From Candidatus Babelota bacterium (lineage in GTDB: Bacteria; Babelota; Babeliae; Babelales; Vermiphilaceae): a stretch of 64,000 nt of DNA. Numbering within the stretch: the stretch's first letter is position 1; each line of letters starts with the position of its first letter. Shown in pieces: positions 10,419-20,940 of this stretch. The stretch lies in the NCBI GenBank assembly GCA_049325595.1, contig JBMOLF010000010.1:128001-192000 (forward strand), given 5' to 3'. The position numbers were made by a program, and so were the translations under genes. The notes beneath the pieces were generated by a model. That model had not been told where the DNA came from and did not search any database. It saw nothing but the letters and a program-made list of their open reading frames with translations.

Positions 10419-11756
10419 ATGTTATCCATTACTAATACTTTATCGGCTACTAAAGAGCTTTTTAAACCACATAACTCAGAAAAAATAACAATGTATGTAT
10501 GTGGTATAACCCCCTATGATTATGCACATTTAGGGCATGGTAGATGTTATGTAACATTTGATTTATTGTATAGATTACTTTTAGCACTAGGTTATACGGT
10601 TACCTATTGTCGTAATTTTACAGATATTGATGATAAGATCATTGCAAAAGCGCAACAAGAATTTGGTGATGAGGCAAAATTTTTAGAGATTGCCAATCGT
10701 TATATTCAAACATTTAAAGAAGATATTGGACTTCTTAATTGCAAGAATCCATCAATTGAGCCGCGAGTAACTCAAACCATTCCAGAAATAATTTCATTTG
10801 TAAAGGGTCTTATCAAGGCTGGTAAGGCATACGAAGTTGATGGTGATGTTTATTATCATATTTCACAATTTCCAGGCTATGGTAAACTCTCAAAACAAAA
10901 GCTTGATGAATTGCGAGCCGGTGCTCGTGTTGAGCTGAGTGATAAAAAAAGAGATCCACTTGATTTTGCCTTATGGAAAAGTGAACCAGAAGGCCACTTT
11001 TGGCAAAGTCCGTGGGGATGGGGACGACCAGGCTGGCATATTGAATGTTCTGCTATGGCGGCTAAATTTTTAGGCGAGACTATTGATATTCATGGTGGAG
11101 GCATGGACTTAATTTTCCCTCATCATGAAAATGAAATTGCCCAATCAGAAGGCTTGTTTGAACAACCTTTAGCAAAATATTGGGTACATAATGGTTTTGT
11201 GCGTGTAAATCAAGTAAAAATGTCCAAATCTCTTGGTAACTTTTTTACGTTGCGTGATTTGTATGCAAAATTTGATCCCATGGTGATTCGTTTTTATTTT
11301 TTAAACCATCAGTATAAAGCGCCGCTTGAATTTTCATTAGATGATTTAGAGGTAATGAAAAAGACTTATCAGCGACTATGCAAATCTTTTGTTGGATCTT
11401 CTGCTCAAGTGGTTACTGATCGTGATATGTTAAATAGTAGTACGGTTCAAAAGATGCTCACATTTTTATACGATGATCTAAATACACCCGGCATGTTAGG
11501 GGTTTTATTTGAATCTCTTCCCTCGTTGCGTAGTACAGAGTCTGAGTTTTTTTCGGTTAAAAGATTTTTGCAAGAGATCTTAGGATTGTCGCTTGTGCCA
11601 TTAGTTGAACCAGAAGTTGTTATGACTCCTGAAATTGAACAATTAATAGCCCAAAGAGAACAAGCGCGATTAGAAAAAAATTGGCAACGTGCAGATCAAA
11701 TCCGCGAGCAACTCAAACAAATGGGCTATGATGTACAGGATAAGAAAATTAAATAA
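10419..11756 (+). CDS. cysS: Cysteine--tRNA ligase
   Basis: MYVCGITPY, HLGH, WGRPGWHIECSAM, DLIFPHHENE, KMSKS; ATG 10419 preferred over GTG 10389. Confidence 0.97.
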   Translation: MLSITNTLSATKELFKPHNSEKITMYVCGITPYDYAHLGHGRCYVTFDLLYRLLLALGYTVTYCRNFTDIDDKIIAKAQQEFGDEAKFLEIANRYIQTFKEDIGLLNCKNPSIEPRVTQTIPEIISFVKGLIKAGKAYEVDGDVYYHISQFPGYGKLSKQKLDELRAGARVELSDKKRDPLDFALWKSEPEGHFWQSPWGWGRPGWHIECSAMAAKFLGETIDIHGGGMDLIFPHHENEIAQSEGLFEQPLAKYWVHNGFVRVNQVKMSKSLGNFFTLRDLYAKFDPMVIRFYFLNHQYKAPLEFSLDDLEVMKKTYQRLCKSFVGSSAQVVTDRDMLNSSTVQKMLTFLYDDLNTPGMLGVLFESLPSLRSTESEFFSVKRFLQEILGLSLVPLVEPEVVMTPEIEQLIAQREQARLEKNWQRADQIREQLKQMGYDVQDKKIK

Positions 11757-11778
11757 AGATGATTTAAAAGCATTTGTG

Positions 11779-12582
11779 TTATAGCGGGGGTTGTTGATTA
11801 TGGTTGATCCTGGCTTGCTGTAATTTGCAATGTATTGTTAACCATAGAAGCAAAATAAAAATACCCCATGAAATGCCAAATAAAATTACTACAATTTTGA
11901 GGACTATGATTGGAGTTCTTTTAAAAAGTACGGTAAATTGTCTGTATGCCTGTAAAGTAATTATCAACATAATGAGAAGTTTTAATGTGGCTTTTTTCGA
12001 TAGATTCCAACTTGCTAATAAAGCGGCGATAGGTGTTTTTTGATTCACGCATATTTCGGGAATAAAAAAAATGAATCGACTGCACATGAAAAATAAAGTT
12101 GCAACGCCAATTATATAATGTACTTCTCTTAGATTCTGTGGGTTAACTTGAAAATAACCTCCAATTACTAGAATTGGTATTGAGATGTGCGCGACTATGC
12201 CTAAAAACAGTAAAACAAGTAATGCCATTGATATATATAACAAAAAACTATCGCGTATTGATTGGTGAAAAAGTTTTTTTTGATTATTTTTTTTATTCAG
12301 ATTATGAATATACCCTATACTGTTGGTCAAACCAATATAAAAGGGCATAGCTTTGATGGATTGTAAAATAAGATCAATGATAATTTTTATATAGAAGTGC
12401 TGATTGGTCAAAGGAGCAAGCCACGGACTCACTTGTGCCAAAGAAAAATTAACTATATATGATAGTAATAAAGTTGCGATATAGATAAGCGTTATTGGAA
12501 AGAATAGAATAACAAAATTTTTTTTATAAAAAGCAAAAGCTTCTTTTATTGATTTTGATAATAAATTCCATGTTAAATACAT
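11779..12582 (-). CDS. Multi-pass membrane protein of unknown function
   Basis: About six hydrophobic segments; ALLASWNLSK-type motif. Confidence 0.65.
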   Translation of the reverse strand: MYLTWNLLSKSIKEAFAFYKKNFVILFFPITLIYIATLLLSYIVNFSLAQVSPWLAPLTNQHFYIKIIIDLILQSIKAMPFYIGLTNSIGYIHNLNKKNNQKKLFHQSIRDSFLLYISMALLVLLFLGIVAHISIPILVIGGYFQVNPQNLREVHYIIGVATLFFMCSRFIFFIPEICVNQKTPIAALLASWNLSKKATLKLLIMLIITLQAYRQFTVLFKRTPIIVLKIVVILFGISWGIFILLLWLTIHCKLQQARINHNQQPPL

Positions 12583-12639
12583 ATGAAATCTTTCATGAAT
12601 ATTGAATTAAGTAACATCGATATATAAGGTATAGGTAGT

Positions 12640-12897
12640 ATGAGGAAGCTAAAAATTATTCTTCTTGTGGGTGTCATGCCGTTGATTGCAAATGCAATGA
12701 TAAAAGATGAAGATAAAACATACGCACAATTTATTATAGCAGATTTTCTCACTCATCATAATCAAGAAAACAATAATGAATGGCATCGCAATGAGCAAAC
12801 ACACTGTTGGGAGCATTGCTGTTCATATAATATTAAATCGGCTCTGAATGTATATGAATCTCTTTTAAAAATTAAATTAGAAGAATTTACAGAATAG
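12640..12897 (+). CDS. Small secreted hypothetical protein
   Basis: AGGT SD, signal peptide ending ANA|M. Confidence 0.6.
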   Translation: MRKLKIILLVGVMPLIANAMIKDEDKTYAQFIIADFLTHHNQENNNEWHRNEQTHCWEHCCSYNIKSALNVYESLLKIKLEEFTE

Positions 12898-12957
12898 ATA
12901 GTTTTTTAACTATTCCCAACAAAAATAAAGATTTGTTAAAGTTGCAAAAAAAGATAG

Positions 12958-13536
12958 TTGGGGAAAATGAAAGTGTATTTATTAATATATTTTCCATTCT
13001 TGAGAGTAACAAATAATAAATTTTTTATTTTTGTTTTAAAACTTTTTTTAATGACAATAAATCATGTTTATGCGCAAGAAGGTTCATACAATGTAACAAT
13101 CAATATTGATAATAGCAGTAATCAGGGAATAAATAATCAAATACATCAGCAATGCAAATGCATTAAATATTTTGGGCAAAAATTACGAGAATGCATGAAA
13201 ACATTATCAAAAAAAGAGCAAAAAATTAATTATCTTGCGATGACAGAAGATGCCCAAATGGAGTATGTCAAATCTTTAACTCTTCTTGAACATATAGCAT
13301 TGATCAGGCTTTTTGAGCATGACACAGAAATAGGTCCAACTGAACAAGAAATTATTAATCAATTCAAAATGATTGAAGAAGTTTATAACAAAAGAAATAA
13401 ACTAAGTCCTGAAAATACAATTATATGTAGGTTATTTCCTTTTCCTTCATGTATACCATCAATTTGGTATGACTATTTATTGGCAGATTATGCTGTAGCA
13501 AAAAAAAAATATTTTTTAAAAAAAGGTAAAACATGA
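12958..13536 (+). CDS. Hypothetical protein, probably secreted (start uncertain)
   Basis: 192-aa ORF, hydrophobic N-terminus ending VYA, ATGA overlap with next gene. Confidence 0.6.
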   Translation: MGKMKVYLLIYFPFLRVTNNKFFIFVLKLFLMTINHVYAQEGSYNVTINIDNSSNQGINNQIHQQCKCIKYFGQKLRECMKTLSKKEQKINYLAMTEDAQMEYVKSLTLLEHIALIRLFEHDTEIGPTEQEIINQFKMIEEVYNKRNKLSPENTIICRLFPFPSCIPSIWYDYLLADYAVAKKKYFLKKGKT

Positions 13537-14171
13537 GCAATGACCTAACAAACCCGTTTAGAATTATTATCTATCTGTTGGGTGTTACTTTCTTTATTGC
13601 AGCAGAATCAATTAAGTTGCCAGTAAAAAATGGTTTTACTATACATATACAAAATAATTCAGTTCAAACAATAAATTCTTCTGATCAATGTACTAAGCCG
13701 ATGGAGAAAGTACCTGTAGTTAATTGGGTAACTAACCATCCAACTAAATCTTTACTTGCCAGTATTATAGCTCTTTATACAGTTGGTGGTATGCTTTTTT
13801 TCTTGCTTAAATATGGTGCTCGTTATATTGATTGTTGGTCAAGTTGGAAATCAGAAGTTCCCCTTACTATTTTAAAGCAGATTAAAATTAACGATTTAAT
13901 GGATGAGTTATTTATCGATGTAGCAAAGAAATATAAAGAACAAGAAAAATGGAAACTTTTATATAAAACTCTTTCTGATATTCAACGCTCAATAGCTCTC
14001 TATGCTGCAGCGTTTAAGATACACGGTTATTTTGAATATATTAAATTAGACTTTTTATGGAATCCAATCAGTAAAAAACAAACTATTTTAGAAAAAATAG
14101 AACGACTGGAATTATTGCAAGATCGCATTAGCCAATTTCTTACAGAAAAATACCATGCTCAGATTAGCTAA
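13533..14171 (+). CDS. Hypothetical membrane/secreted protein
   Basis: Signal-like segment plus internal TM; overlaps both neighbours. Confidence 0.65.
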   Translation: MSNDLTNPFRIIIYLLGVTFFIAAESIKLPVKNGFTIHIQNNSVQTINSSDQCTKPMEKVPVVNWVTNHPTKSLLASIIALYTVGGMLFFLLKYGARYIDCWSSWKSEVPLTILKQIKINDLMDELFIDVAKKYKEQEKWKLLYKTLSDIQRSIALYAAAFKIHGYFEYIKLDFLWNPISKKQTILEKIERLELLQDRISQFLTEKYHAQIS

Positions 14172-14649
14172 AAACTTAGTAGTGTTTTTTTGTTTGATGA
14201 GCATATCTACTTATGGTTATGGAATACTCAAACGAACACCAGCTTTTGATGCATTGGTTACACAATTATTAAACCAACAATATAATCATGTTGCCTTAAC
14301 CTCTGTTGATAACAATACAACAGTAAAACCAAATAATAAGTCTTATAATTCTTTAATAAAAAAGCTTAATCAAATTTCAGTTATTTACTTTGCAATTCGG
14401 TTAGGAACATATGATATGGTACATAACAGTAAATTAGGAAAAACTTTTGCAATAAAAGAAAATTTTATTTTAAAAAAACTCAATATTACAAAAATATGGC
14501 TGTATAAGCTAACCACGATAGCCATTGAAACATTAATACTCAAAACTATCATTAAATCTGGCATCTACATAGGTATGCATGATGCATTTGATGCAACTTT
14601 AGATAGCATCAAACGGTTATTTAAGATAATTTTGAGTATTATGTACTGA
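14155..14649 (+). CDS. Hypothetical protein with signal peptide
   Basis: 164-aa ORF, last of a coupled cluster. Confidence 0.55.
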   Translation: MLRLAKNLVVFFCLMSISTYGYGILKRTPAFDALVTQLLNQQYNHVALTSVDNNTTVKPNNKSYNSLIKKLNQISVIYFAIRLGTYDMVHNSKLGKTFAIKENFILKKLNITKIWLYKLTTIAIETLILKTIIKSGIYIGMHDAFDATLDSIKRLFKIILSIMY

Positions 14650-14970
14650 TTAACTTAAATATTCTTGAATGCGAGCTTTTAGATCATCTTTGCTCATGTA
14701 ACCAGTTTCTTTTGCTTTTATTTCGCCATTTTTAACGAAGATAAAAGTAGGAACCGAGGTTACGCCAAATTGAATAGAAAGATCGCGTGCTTCATCGACA
14801 TTTAATTTGACAAATTTGTACTCATCTTTTAATTCTTTTTCTAGCGCTTCAAATATAGGAGCCATTTGTTGGCAAGGTCCACACCAGCTTGCATATACAT
14901 CAATTACAACCGGGAGTGTAGAGTTAACAACTTCTTGTTGGTAATTATCTTTAGTTATAGAAACTGACAT
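14650..14970 (-). CDS. trxA: Thioredoxin
   Basis: WCGPC active site, cis-Pro SVPT, 106 aa. Confidence 0.95.
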   Translation of the reverse strand: MSVSITKDNYQQEVVNSTLPVVIDVYASWCGPCQQMAPIFEALEKELKDEYKFVKLNVDEARDLSIQFGVTSVPTFIFVKNGEIKAKETGYMSKDDLKARIQEYLS

Positions 14971-15147
14971 TGCTTGTCCTTATGTTTTGATTATTTACCA
15001 TCTTATTTAGGGTATCATAAGTGGACTATTCTGACTATGATTGAGCAAGAATCATTTTTTACTATGTAACTTATTGCGTTTATAAGTCAAAGGACAGGAT
15101 ACTTAACAAAAAAGAGAGTTGTTTTTATAAAAAAATAGGAGAGGTCC

Positions 15148-16890
15148 GTGAAAATTTTATGCTACATAGTGCTGTTATTAGTGGCACAGATCAGCACAAC
15201 GGATATGTATGCCGCCTTTGGAGAAAGTGCAAAAAGAAGAACAAATCAAGAAGGTCAACAAGAAAATCAAGCACCCTCATCTCAAATGGTTGATACATCT
15301 GCTGATGATGATGAATTTGTTTTACCAGAGTTAAGTTCCCAAGAAGATGTAGATACTAAAGAAAAACGTAAAAGAGCAATTGAGTTAGTGCAACATGGTA
15401 TTAATTATGCAATGGACCATTCGCTTGATGAAAGCTTAAGTGCTTTTACTCATGATGCTAAGCAATTTAGGCATGGTGAACTCTATTTATTTGTATTTGG
15501 ACTTACTGGTAGTTGGCGTGGTGTGTGTCTAGCGCATGGTCAAGAGCCAACAATAATATGGCAAAATTTGATTGATAAGCGTGACAAATATGGAATTCCT
15601 TTGGTGCAAAAAATGATTAGCCGTGCCGAAAAAGGTGGCGGTTGGGTTACCTATCAATGGCGTAATTCGACTAAAACTTCATATGTGAAAATGTTCACTA
15701 AGGGTAATCAAAGTTTTTTAATTGGATCGGGTTATTATCCCCATTCAAAACCTGATGCAGTAGTCAGTTTGGTAAAGGGGGCAGTTTCTTATTTTAAAGA
15801 TATTGTGTATAACAAAAATTTAGATCCCGTTGATGCTTTTAGTACTTTTAGTTTTCCGGGTGGGCAGTTTGTTTATGGTGATTTATATCTTTATGCTATT
15901 GATGCCAATGGTACTATGGTAGCTAATGGCGAACGGCCTGGATTAGTGGGCGTAAATATTTTTGATCAAGGTATTGCCGCAGGAAAATTACTTGATAGAC
16001 AAATGCTTACTCAACTTCGTGAATCTAATTCAGGATTATGGTTTAGGTCTCAGCATAGAGGCACGCTTAAATTATCTTATGCAAAAAAAGTAAAAGATCG
16101 ACAAGGTAAAGAATATATTATTGCATCTGGTTATTATCCCTATGCAGACAGACGTGCAGCAGTTGAACTAGTGCGACGTGGTTATGATTCGATGAAAAGA
16201 CAGGGCAAATCAGTAACCGTGCGTGAGATTAACGAAACAAGAACTGATAGCTTTCGCTTTGGTGATTTATATCTGTTTATTTATGATATGAATGGTGTGT
16301 CTATAGCTAATGGTGATAGACCTGATTTTGTAGGCCTTAATCAGAGCAATGCCCAAGATGAAGATGGCAGATTTTATGTGAGAGAAATTATTGAAAAAGC
16401 AAAAAATGGTGGTGGCTGGATCAATTTTAGAATGAACAATGCAGTTCAAGTAGCTTATGTTGAACAAGTTGATATTGGCAGCGGTAGGTATGTAATTGGT
16501 ACTGCATTATTTCCAGTATCAAAACAAGAAACAGCACGTTTAATGTTAAGAGGTGCACGCGGTTATTTAGAACGAATGCCAGAACCTATTGCGATTCGTG
16601 AATTTTCAAATCCTAAAAGTCGTTTTATTCGAGGCGATTTATTTATTTTTGTTATAGATTCTACGGGAATATGTTGGGTGTATGGCGATACACCACATAT
16701 TATTTGGCGTAATTTGTTAAATGCCAAAGATGATACAGGGAAGCAATATGTGCGTCTTATGATTAATACTGCGCGAGGTGGACCTGGACAAGTAACATAT
16801 ACTATTAATGGTACCAAACGAACTGTGTTTGTAGAGCCGTTACAAAAAGGTGAGAATAATTTTATTTTAGGATGTGGCTATTATATTTAG
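15148..16890 (+). CDS. Exported protein with four tandem single-Cache (sCache_2-like) domains
   Basis: Four repeats of FxxGDLYLFxxD...GGGW...IGSGYY; signal peptide; no TM or output domain. Confidence 0.8.
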   Translation: MKILCYIVLLLVAQISTTDMYAAFGESAKRRTNQEGQQENQAPSSQMVDTSADDDEFVLPELSSQEDVDTKEKRKRAIELVQHGINYAMDHSLDESLSAFTHDAKQFRHGELYLFVFGLTGSWRGVCLAHGQEPTIIWQNLIDKRDKYGIPLVQKMISRAEKGGGWVTYQWRNSTKTSYVKMFTKGNQSFLIGSGYYPHSKPDAVVSLVKGAVSYFKDIVYNKNLDPVDAFSTFSFPGGQFVYGDLYLYAIDANGTMVANGERPGLVGVNIFDQGIAAGKLLDRQMLTQLRESNSGLWFRSQHRGTLKLSYAKKVKDRQGKEYIIASGYYPYADRRAAVELVRRGYDSMKRQGKSVTVREINETRTDSFRFGDLYLFIYDMNGVSIANGDRPDFVGLNQSNAQDEDGRFYVREIIEKAKNGGGWINFRMNNAVQVAYVEQVDIGSGRYVIGTALFPVSKQETARLMLRGARGYLERMPEPIAIREFSNPKSRFIRGDLFIFVIDSTGICWVYGDTPHIIWRNLLNAKDDTGKQYVRLMINTARGGPGQVTYTINGTKRTVFVEPLQKGENNFILGCGYYI

Positions 16891-16901
16891 TTAAAAACCA
16901 A

Positions 16902-16937
16902 AATGAGGTAGATATATTGTCTACCTCATTGTTTTTT
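16902..16937. terminator. Terminator hairpin between convergent genes
   Basis: AATGAGGTAGA/TCTACCTCATT 11-bp stem followed by a T run. Confidence 0.8.
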
Positions 16938-16957
16938 AATTCATTGATTTTAAAAAA

Positions 16958-18583
16958 TTAGCGGCAAAAATAACCGTGAACCGTAAATGGAATATGGTGT
17001 GGTGCATATGCGCGGGCAATTTCTTTCATGTCTTTTGCATCTAATATAACTAAAAATGATTGTTTTTTAGCAGGATCTAATACTAAGCTTAAAATTATCC
17101 CATCATCTTCTGATTGAGTGCCAGGTCTTGCAACAAAAATTGGTTCAGTTGGATATCCTTCAACATTCCATAGGGTACTTTTTCCTGTATTCACATTAAT
17201 TTTAACTAAATTTTGAGCAAGTTTAGCCCCTACAGGTGTTTCGGTTGCATAAACGTAATTGTACGAGGTTGCATTGTTGTCATAATTAATGCGAGGAAGC
17301 TCGATGGCATGCGATGATAGTAATTTAGTTGCAATTTTTTTATTGGCAGGATCTAGGGTAAATCGTTTTAAATTCCCTTGGGGGGTTGGTTTACTATTAT
17401 CTTTCATATAGTCAAGATAGTATGCCTTGATAATATCCGGATTTTTGTAGCTGATCATATCAAGAATAATTTTTCCATTTTGTTCAAAAGCATTTACTTG
17501 GTGTAACGCAAAAAAAGCATCAGTATTAAGAGTAGTAATATGCTTTCCGGTATTTCTATCAACAACAATAAAGTTGGTTCCTAATTTTGGTTTCCATTTA
17601 AATGTTTCAATAAATGATTTTCCTTTTAAAACCAAATCTATTGGATTTACCACAAAAGGAACTTCTATGAGGATAATATAATGAGGAGTGACTGCAAAAC
17701 TATGCATATAAGATGGATAAGAAACCGGTAATTTGCAGAGAGGAACTCGCTCAGTAGAGCCTTCTTTTAAGGTATAAATAGTATAAGTGCTTGAACGTGC
17801 AAAAGTTGTAGCATAGCTAATGAGTTCTTTGCTCACTGGATCATAATGTGGGTGAGCACAGCTAAATTGAGCTTCAGATAATTTGTCATCAAAGATTATT
17901 GGCTTTTGTTTTTTTAAATTGGTGCATGAACAACACATAGGCTGTGTTGATTCGGTGAGCGCAATATAGTGATCATTCATTTTTATGATATTTACATTGG
18001 TATTATCATAAACTGGGCGTGATGAACTTGAAAAAAGTGATGCCCATTTTGAAAATGTTGAGGTTGGTGGTGGAGTACTACCGGTTATTTTACCTTTTTT
18101 GAGTGATTCTTTTCTATAGCCACTATCAATAAAAGCATTACTGTATTTTATGCCGGTATTAGATATTTTAAATTGATGGAGCATTGCAAATCCATCAAGC
18201 CAATGATCTGCAGTACTATCATTTAGTGCAAATTGTGCGGGGCCAATCGTTAAAAAGTTTCCATTAAGCCATTTAGGCAATGTTCCTTCGATTATCATTT
18301 CATGATTACAAAGTTCTTTACGTTGACAGGTAAACCCGAGATAGTATGTATTATCGTTTTTGTTAACAGAACATTCGGATTTGGGTATAGCAATACAAGT
18401 TGCCAGCTCAGTAGGTTTTTCATGTACCGTTGGCTCTTCTTGCATGAATAGATTGGTAGTTGATTGGGATGTACTAGTAATTAATTTATTTTCTTGAAAA
18501 AGATAGTAATATCCCGTTGTTGCAATGGCTAAAATAAAGAAACTTACCACAAAACTTTTTTTCATAGCCTGATACTTTCGCAC
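16958..18583 (-). CDS. Carotenoid oxygenase (RPE65/CCD family)
   Basis: GTLPKWLNG, HWLDG, four Fe-ligand His (CAHPH, YMHSF, LHQVNAF, VHGYF), ELPRIN, EPIFV, EDDG. Confidence 0.92.
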   Translation of the reverse strand: MRKYQAMKKSFVVSFFILAIATTGYYYLFQENKLITSTSQSTTNLFMQEEPTVHEKPTELATCIAIPKSECSVNKNDNTYYLGFTCQRKELCNHEMIIEGTLPKWLNGNFLTIGPAQFALNDSTADHWLDGFAMLHQFKISNTGIKYSNAFIDSGYRKESLKKGKITGSTPPPTSTFSKWASLFSSSSRPVYDNTNVNIIKMNDHYIALTESTQPMCCSCTNLKKQKPIIFDDKLSEAQFSCAHPHYDPVSKELISYATTFARSSTYTIYTLKEGSTERVPLCKLPVSYPSYMHSFAVTPHYIILIEVPFVVNPIDLVLKGKSFIETFKWKPKLGTNFIVVDRNTGKHITTLNTDAFFALHQVNAFEQNGKIILDMISYKNPDIIKAYYLDYMKDNSKPTPQGNLKRFTLDPANKKIATKLLSSHAIELPRINYDNNATSYNYVYATETPVGAKLAQNLVKINVNTGKSTLWNVEGYPTEPIFVARPGTQSEDDGIILSLVLDPAKKQSFLVILDAKDMKEIARAYAPHHIPFTVHGYFCR

Positions 18584-18708
18584 TATGTCAATTTAATTGT
18601 TGGTTGGATACATAATTTCAAGTTTATAAGAATAAAAAAGCTAGTCAAATTAACTCGCTATTATTTCAGTTTGAAATAATAAAAATGATGATAATAAGTA
18701 TATTTATT

Positions 18709-18736
18709 AAAAAAAAGGCTCACCGTATGTGAGCCT
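18709..18736 (-). terminator. Intrinsic terminator after carbonic anhydrase
   Basis: AGGCTCAC/GTGAGCCT stem with an A run on the + strand. Confidence 0.8.
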
Positions 18737-18765
18737 GCCTAAGTTTTGGATAATTTCTAGATAAT

Positions 18766-19449
18766 TTATTCAATCCAGGTAACAGCACCATTTCCAAAAT
18801 TATACACTCCACCAACAATGAGTAAGCGACCTTCCTGAATTAGTTCCTTAAGGAGTGGATTATTGCGTAATTTATTAACTTGATTGCGTACATTAGCCGC
18901 AATAGCTTGTTGTTTAGCATTTGGATTTGTAGGGTTTATGCTAGCAACAGCTGGACGAATTGCATTAATTACTGATTGGATGTCGCCTGGCTGTGGTTTA
19001 TTTGCTAGAGCAGCATCAACTGCGCCGCAATTTTCATGCCCTAAAACTACTATGAGAGGTGTTCTGAATGCAAGAGCTGCAAATTGTAAGCTACCAATAA
19101 GTTCTGCATTTGTTACGTTTCCAGCAACACGAGTAACAAATAGTTGTCCAGACTGAACATAAAATATTGCTTCTGGTGTAACGCGTGAATCAGCACAGCT
19201 TACAACTGCGGCAAAAGGGCTTTGCGCACCGCCGCGATTACGATCAAATTCCATACAAATTCTACCGCCACGCTGGTATTGAATATTTCCTTCTTTCAAT
19301 CGTCTTAAAGCTTCTTGTGGTTTTACATCAGTTGGTTTCACGGGTTCTTCTGTATCATATTTAATTTTTATATTTTCTTTTATTGTTGCAGCAAAATTGA
19401 TGCTCGGTATCACTAATAATAAGAAAAATTTTAAGATTTGTTTAGACAT
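18766..19449 (-). CDS. Beta-class carbonic anhydrase with signal peptide
   Basis: CADSR, RVAGN, GHENCGA; AGGAG SD; N-terminal signal peptide. Confidence 0.93.
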   Translation of the reverse strand: MSKQILKFFLLLVIPSINFAATIKENIKIKYDTEEPVKPTDVKPQEALRRLKEGNIQYQRGGRICMEFDRNRGGAQSPFAAVVSCADSRVTPEAIFYVQSGQLFVTRVAGNVTNAELIGSLQFAALAFRTPLIVVLGHENCGAVDAALANKPQPGDIQSVINAIRPAVASINPTNPNAKQQAIAANVRNQVNKLRNNPLLKELIQEGRLLIVGGVYNFGNGAVTWIE

Positions 19450-19707
19450 ATTCTCTCCTTTTTTATTTAATTTTTATCTAAAATAACTTGCATTGAGTAT
19501 AAATTTTTTTTTGAAATAATTAAGTAAAATAAATCTACATACTCAATCTTGCTTTTGTGTTCAGAAAACATCTTACAAATATTATAATTATTCTCAGATT
19601 GAAAAATAAAGAAAAAGGTGGCGAAAAGATAATAATTTTTAAGAAAAGCTTTAATACTTATTTTTTTACACAAAAGCTCTATCAATTAATGATAGAGCTT
19701 AAAAGAT

Positions 19708-20184
19708 TTATTGTGGCAGGCAAGAACGAAGCATCCAAGCCATTTTTTCATGTTTTTCCATGATTTCAGTCAAGAAATTGGCTGTTCCTTCATCGTTAAG
19801 TTTTTGTTGTATTGTTACAATATCTTCACGCATATGACGAATAATTGTTTCATGATGCTCAAGCAAATTTTTGATCATTTGTTGAGTTGTTACTTTTTGT
19901 TCAATTTTTTCCTTGATGTGTGCGTATTTAGAAAAATCTTGTAATGTTCCTAATGAGAATTGGCCGAGTGAACGTACACGTTCGGCAATATCGTCAACTA
20001 ATTCAAAAAGTTCTTCATATTGTTTTCTAAAAAAAGCATGCATCGCATCAAAATAGGGATCAACAACATTCCAATGATAATACAGTGTTTGTGTATACAA
20101 AATATATTCATCAGATAATAGCTTATTTAAATGCTCGCATACTAATTTGCGATTGTCATCTGATATGCCAATATTAATTTTCAT
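19708..20184 (-). CDS. dps: Dps family DNA protection/ferritin-like protein
   Basis: HWNV, DDIAER, EKMAWML; AGGAG SD before ATG 20184. Confidence 0.93.
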   Translation of the reverse strand: MKINIGISDDNRKLVCEHLNKLLSDEYILYTQTLYYHWNVVDPYFDAMHAFFRKQYEELFELVDDIAERVRSLGQFSLGTLQDFSKYAHIKEKIEQKVTTQQMIKNLLEHHETIIRHMREDIVTIQQKLNDEGTANFLTEIMEKHEKMAWMLRSCLPQ

Positions 20185-20289
20185 GTAATTCTCCTGTATA
20201 AAAATCTCTGTTATGAATATACACAAAAATACATAAAAAAAATCAATGTATTTCTAACAAAAAATGATCTTTAATACAATTCATAAAAA

Positions 20290-20913
20290 TTATTTTTTCT
20301 GAATTGCTTTATTAATTTTTTCTAAATATTCTTCTATGCTATTAATTCCTTTTTTGGTGCGTCTTGCATTGATAATTTCAAATGAAGCATCGCATGGTGC
20401 AATTTCACAATTGCCATTAGCTGGTACCACTTTTGTTCCATATCGTTGTTTTAGTCCTGAGCAAAAAGCCAAATGGTCATATAAATAAGCATAATTTTTT
20501 TTGCTAACCCTATTTTCTTTTGCCAATTGTCTAATAAGCATTAGACATTGAAACTGGAAAACTTGATCATGATTAGCTTGCTGTACAATACTCCATGCAT
20601 AGCTATCATAATCAGTTCCAAAAGTATCTATACATGGCCATTGATAATGAAGCATTATTTTTTTTAATTGTTCAGCATTAAACACGGTGATTTTTTTTAT
20701 GAGTTTTTCATCTTTATATTTTCGTGTTAATTCAATAAGTTTATTGAGTGCTTCTAATTCTTTTTTGGCAATTGAAATAGAATCTAAATTTTTATCAAAT
20801 TCTAGACAAAGCTTTTTTGTTTCTTTAAATACCTCTGCGCAATTTTTGCTGTTATCTTGGCTAAAAAGAGGAAAAAAATTGCAGAGCATAACAATAAAAA
20901 GCTTCATAAGCAA
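20290..20913 (-). CDS. Secreted DUF6624-like protein
   Basis: WP..., AWSIVQQA, YAYLYD, QRYGT, INARR pattern; signal peptide. Confidence 0.7.
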   Translation of the reverse strand: MLMKLFIVMLCNFFPLFSQDNSKNCAEVFKETKKLCLEFDKNLDSISIAKKELEALNKLIELTRKYKDEKLIKKITVFNAEQLKKIMLHYQWPCIDTFGTDYDSYAWSIVQQANHDQVFQFQCLMLIRQLAKENRVSKKNYAYLYDHLAFCSGLKQRYGTKVVPANGNCEIAPCDASFEIINARRTKKGINSIEEYLEKINKAIQKK

Positions 20914-20940
20914 TCCTTAAAATTGGGATAAATGCTTATT

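Noticed and set aside
19708..19725. Dps C-terminus CLPQ resembles CaaX
   Set aside because: Dps is a conserved cytoplasmic protein with no export signal or polybasic stretch; likely chance
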